A DNA stretch of 63,774 nt, filler included, from Basidiobolus ranarum (Eukaryota), in assembly GCA_040143965.1 (NCBI GenBank). It is 21 parts of 21 records of this genome, joined end to end, with 100 filler letters (N's around TTAATTAATTAA, not from the genome) between each part and the next. Parts side by side here need not be neighbours in the genome. Positions count along the whole stretch, not along the records: positions 60,845 to 63,774 come from JASJQH010002855.1; 20 more parts are not named here. One strand, written 5' to 3'. A program made the position numbers and the translations under genes. A model generated the notes under the pieces. It was given only the letters and a program-made list of their open reading frames with translations. It made no database searches and had not been told where the DNA came from. This document shows, in pieces, positions 60,846 to 63,774 of this stretch; positions within the stretch are counted from its first letter, which is position 1, and every line of letters begins with the position of its first letter.

Positions 60846-63774
60846 GTTTATGACGGTTGGTCAAGAGGCCATATTGTGACGTATTTACTCACAGCATATC
60901 AAGATCTAACTATGACTACAAGACCATCTTACAATGTCTATATCGATTACTTACTATCGCTGAACAAGGATAAGATGCTGGATTATTGGAAGAATGCACT
61001 CTCCGAGGTATCTGCCACCCATCTGGCTGGAAACCATCTTGTTACAGGAGATACTCTAATGATCGGAATGGTCACCGAGAGGTTTCAGGTGGATTTCGGT
61101 CCTTTGACTACTGCTCACGATCTAACAATAGCTACTATTGTTAACTTTGCTTGGGCACTGGTATTGAAGTTTCATACCGGAAGTTCGGACATTCTATTTG
61201 GAAGCGTCAATTCAGGAAGAAATATTTCATTACAAAACATCCAACAAATTTGTGGCCCTTGCATCAATACATTACCAACTCGAATACTTTTAAAGGATGA
61301 AGTTACGCTTTTGGATTCGATGATGACTATACACAAGGCACAGGTTGAGCAATTGCCCCACCAGTCTATCGGTTTATCAAATATCATTAATGGATGCGGT
61401 ATAAAGGATATACATTCACTCTTCGATACACTTTTAGTGATTCAGAATCTGTCTGAGACCACAGCAACTGACGATTTGAGCGCAATAGGATTAGAAAATG
61501 ACCAAACAACAATGCCTCTTGAATATCCAATAGTGGTAGAATTATTTACGACTGATGTGGATTACAAACTAACGCTCAAGTACAACTCTAATCTAATTAG
61601 CAACGATAAAGCTAGTTGGATACTCAGTCATCTTAGGACAGCAATAATTGAGATTATCGAAGCACCTGGAATATTGATCAAAGAACTCAGTATCATATCC
61701 TCAGATGAAGCCGCCCTAGTTGAAAGCTGGAGTGACGTTAACCGTGATCAGCCAACTCCTACTTGTTTACACTCCATATTTGAACATGTGACTACGCAGT
61801 ACCCTGAAAATATAGCCGTACAGTTTGAAACATCAGAATATGTCACCTATGCTGAACTTAATCGTCGAGCAAACCAATTGGCTCACCATTTGATCAATCT
61901 CGGAGTCGGACCGGAATCGATGGTGCCACTCTGCCTCGACAAGTCAGTCTTCATGATTGTAGCTATCCTGGCTGTTCTTAAAGCTGGTGGTGCCTATGTT
62001 CCACTTGATCCAAACAACCCATCGACGAGAAACGACTTCATTATGGAGGAGACAAATGCTCGGATGGTAGTTACCATTGCGCAATATAAGCAGATGTTCA
62101 ATGACGTTGCCTTGGTACTGATGGATGGTGATATAGAGAGTATTGAACGCAACTCAGCCAACAACCCTTTCGTAAGTGGCCTTACCGAGTCCAACTTATG
62201 CTACGTATTGTATACTTCTGGTTCTACAGGGACACCGAAAGGTGTGATGATTGAGCATAATTCGGTAGTAAACCTAATGTATGGCTTACGTGGTATTTGG
62301 GATTTAACTACCAAGGATGTGGCTTTGCAATTCGCAAACTATACTTTTGATGCATCAATCATACAAATCTTTCCAACTTTGCTATCTGGAGCTTGCCTAG
62401 CTTTAGCAGATCGTGAAAGGCTGCTTACAGATCTTGAATACTGTATTCAGATGATGGATGTTACATGTCTAGATTTAACTACAACAATAATTAACAGCAT
62501 CGTCCCACAGAACGTACCATCCGTGAAAAAGGTAGCGCTGGGTGGAGAGATGATGACATCCCAGGTGCGCAATGCTTGGGCACCCATGGTCACGCTGAAC
62601 AACGGTTACGGTCCCACTGAAGTAACTGTGGCATTTTTGATTAACCCAATCGTGAATGAAAAAACCTCGTGCAGTAATGTTGGCAAGCCGATAGGATGCA
62701 ATAGGATCTACATCTTGGACTCCGATATGCGCCCAGTTCCACTAGGAGTATGTGGTGAGCTTTGTGTCTCTGGTCCACAGCTTGCACGTGGATATCTCAA
62801 TCGGCCAGATCTTACAATGAATGCATTTTTGCTGAGCCCTTTCATACCAGGAGAAAGACTCTATCGCACTGGTGATCTTGCACGGTTCAATCCAGACGGA
62901 TCTGTAGAATTGATTGGTCGCAAAGACAATCAAATCAAACTGAATGGCTTGAGAATCGAATTGGATGAGATAGAATATGCACTTCACGAAAACCCAGCAG
63001 TCGCCAGAGCTTGTGTAGTTTCCGTAAACACAGATACGGATTCGAGTCATAAAAATCTGACAGCATTTATCTCATTTTACGATCTGGTCGAAAGCGATCC
63101 CGTGACAAAACTTCTAAACAGTTCAACTACGAATGAGGTAGGGCGATATATTGAAGAGGCTAAGTGCTCGCTTCGCAAAAAGCTACCACCCTATATGATT
63201 CCGACCATATGGATTCCTCTTAACAATATTCCGACCACTACAAGCGGCAAGATCAATCGCCCATACTTGCTTACTTTTTATAAATCTCTGAATGAGAAAG
63301 AACTGCTGTCTCTGGGTTCTGGAAATGGTAGGGGTTACGTTTCACCCAGGACGAAAGAAGAAGAGTGTTGGGTAGAGTTATGGTCAGGTGTACTTAAGGT
63401 CCCGAAGAGTAAGATTGGTATCTATGATTCATTCTTTGCCCATGGAGGGGATTCAATATCAGCCATAAGGCTTGTAGCAGCAGCAAATAAGATTGGTTAC
63501 AGTATAACGGTTAAAGATATCTATGAATATACATCTGTCGCTGGTATCTCTCAGACTAGTACACAAATAGATACTGACCAAGATATTCACCAAATACTAG
63601 AGCCATTCTCGCTACTCCATTTAGACTCAGATGAGTTGGACCATTTACTAAATTGTGATGTAACACAAAACGGAATCGACTTGGCTGATGTTGAGGACAT
63701 ATATCCTTGCTCTCCGATGCAAGAAGCACTGATGGCCCTTGGCATGAAGGAGGACTCGAAGTATCTAAATCAGC
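60846..63774 (+). CDS. Non-ribosomal peptide synthetase internal fragment (C-A-T-start of C), open at both ends
   Basis: The frame from 60846 has the C-domain tail VYDGWS. A-domain cores are YTSGSTGTPKG, FDAS, NGYGPTE, GELCVSGPQLARGY, YRTGDL, RIELDEIE, LPPYMIP and SGKINR. The T domain reads FFAHGGDSI, and the next C domain starts DIYPCSPMQE. Confidence 0.96.

Noticed and set aside
39598-63774. Apparent biosynthetic cluster (peptidase, Cu-ATPase, transporter, repeat precursor, NRPS)
   Set aside because: Each gene is on a separate contig ordered only by length, so adjacency is an artefact.
1-63774. tRNA, rRNA or other structured RNA genes
   Set aside because: No cloverleaf, box A/B pair or rRNA-conserved motif was recognised by eye. 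tRNAscan-SE or Infernal would be needed to exclude them.

Overview
This is not one continuous locus. It is 21 unrelated short contigs (2952 falling steadily to 2930 bp, i.e. sorted by size), joined by an artificial 100-nt spacer (N44-TTAATTAATTAA-N44), so gene neighbourhood across spacers means nothing. The content is a eukaryotic, AT-rich fungal nuclear genome with short GT-AG introns. An early-diverging fungus (Basidiobolus-like) is plausible but is inference only. Housekeeping genes or gene fragments include RPB10, a HYPK-like protein, myosin regulatory light chain, DPP-IV, a Cu P1B-ATPase, an MFS sugar transporter, an Aa_trans transporter, a CLASP/TOG protein, an EH-domain protein, an RVxF-ankyrin protein and F-box proteins. 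There is also an NRPS module (C-A-T-C) that the ORF track missed. Two decayed Ty1/copia families are present (LTR-1 about 320-350 bp, LTR-2 about 380 bp), one with a Ty5-type half-tRNA primer-binding site, together with two further unclassified repeats. The most unusual items are: (i) a tandem array of at least 3 genes for a secreted Ser/Trp-repeat protein with no acidic residues; (ii) a protein of five 31-aa Tyr/Arg/acidic repeats conserved through synonymous changes; (iii) a small disordered protein with ABBA-like, KEN, D-box-like and C-terminal RL motifs (candidate APC/C inhibitor); (iv) a nad2 mitochondrial fragment abutting a nuclear transporter C-terminus; and (v) a GC-AG intron.
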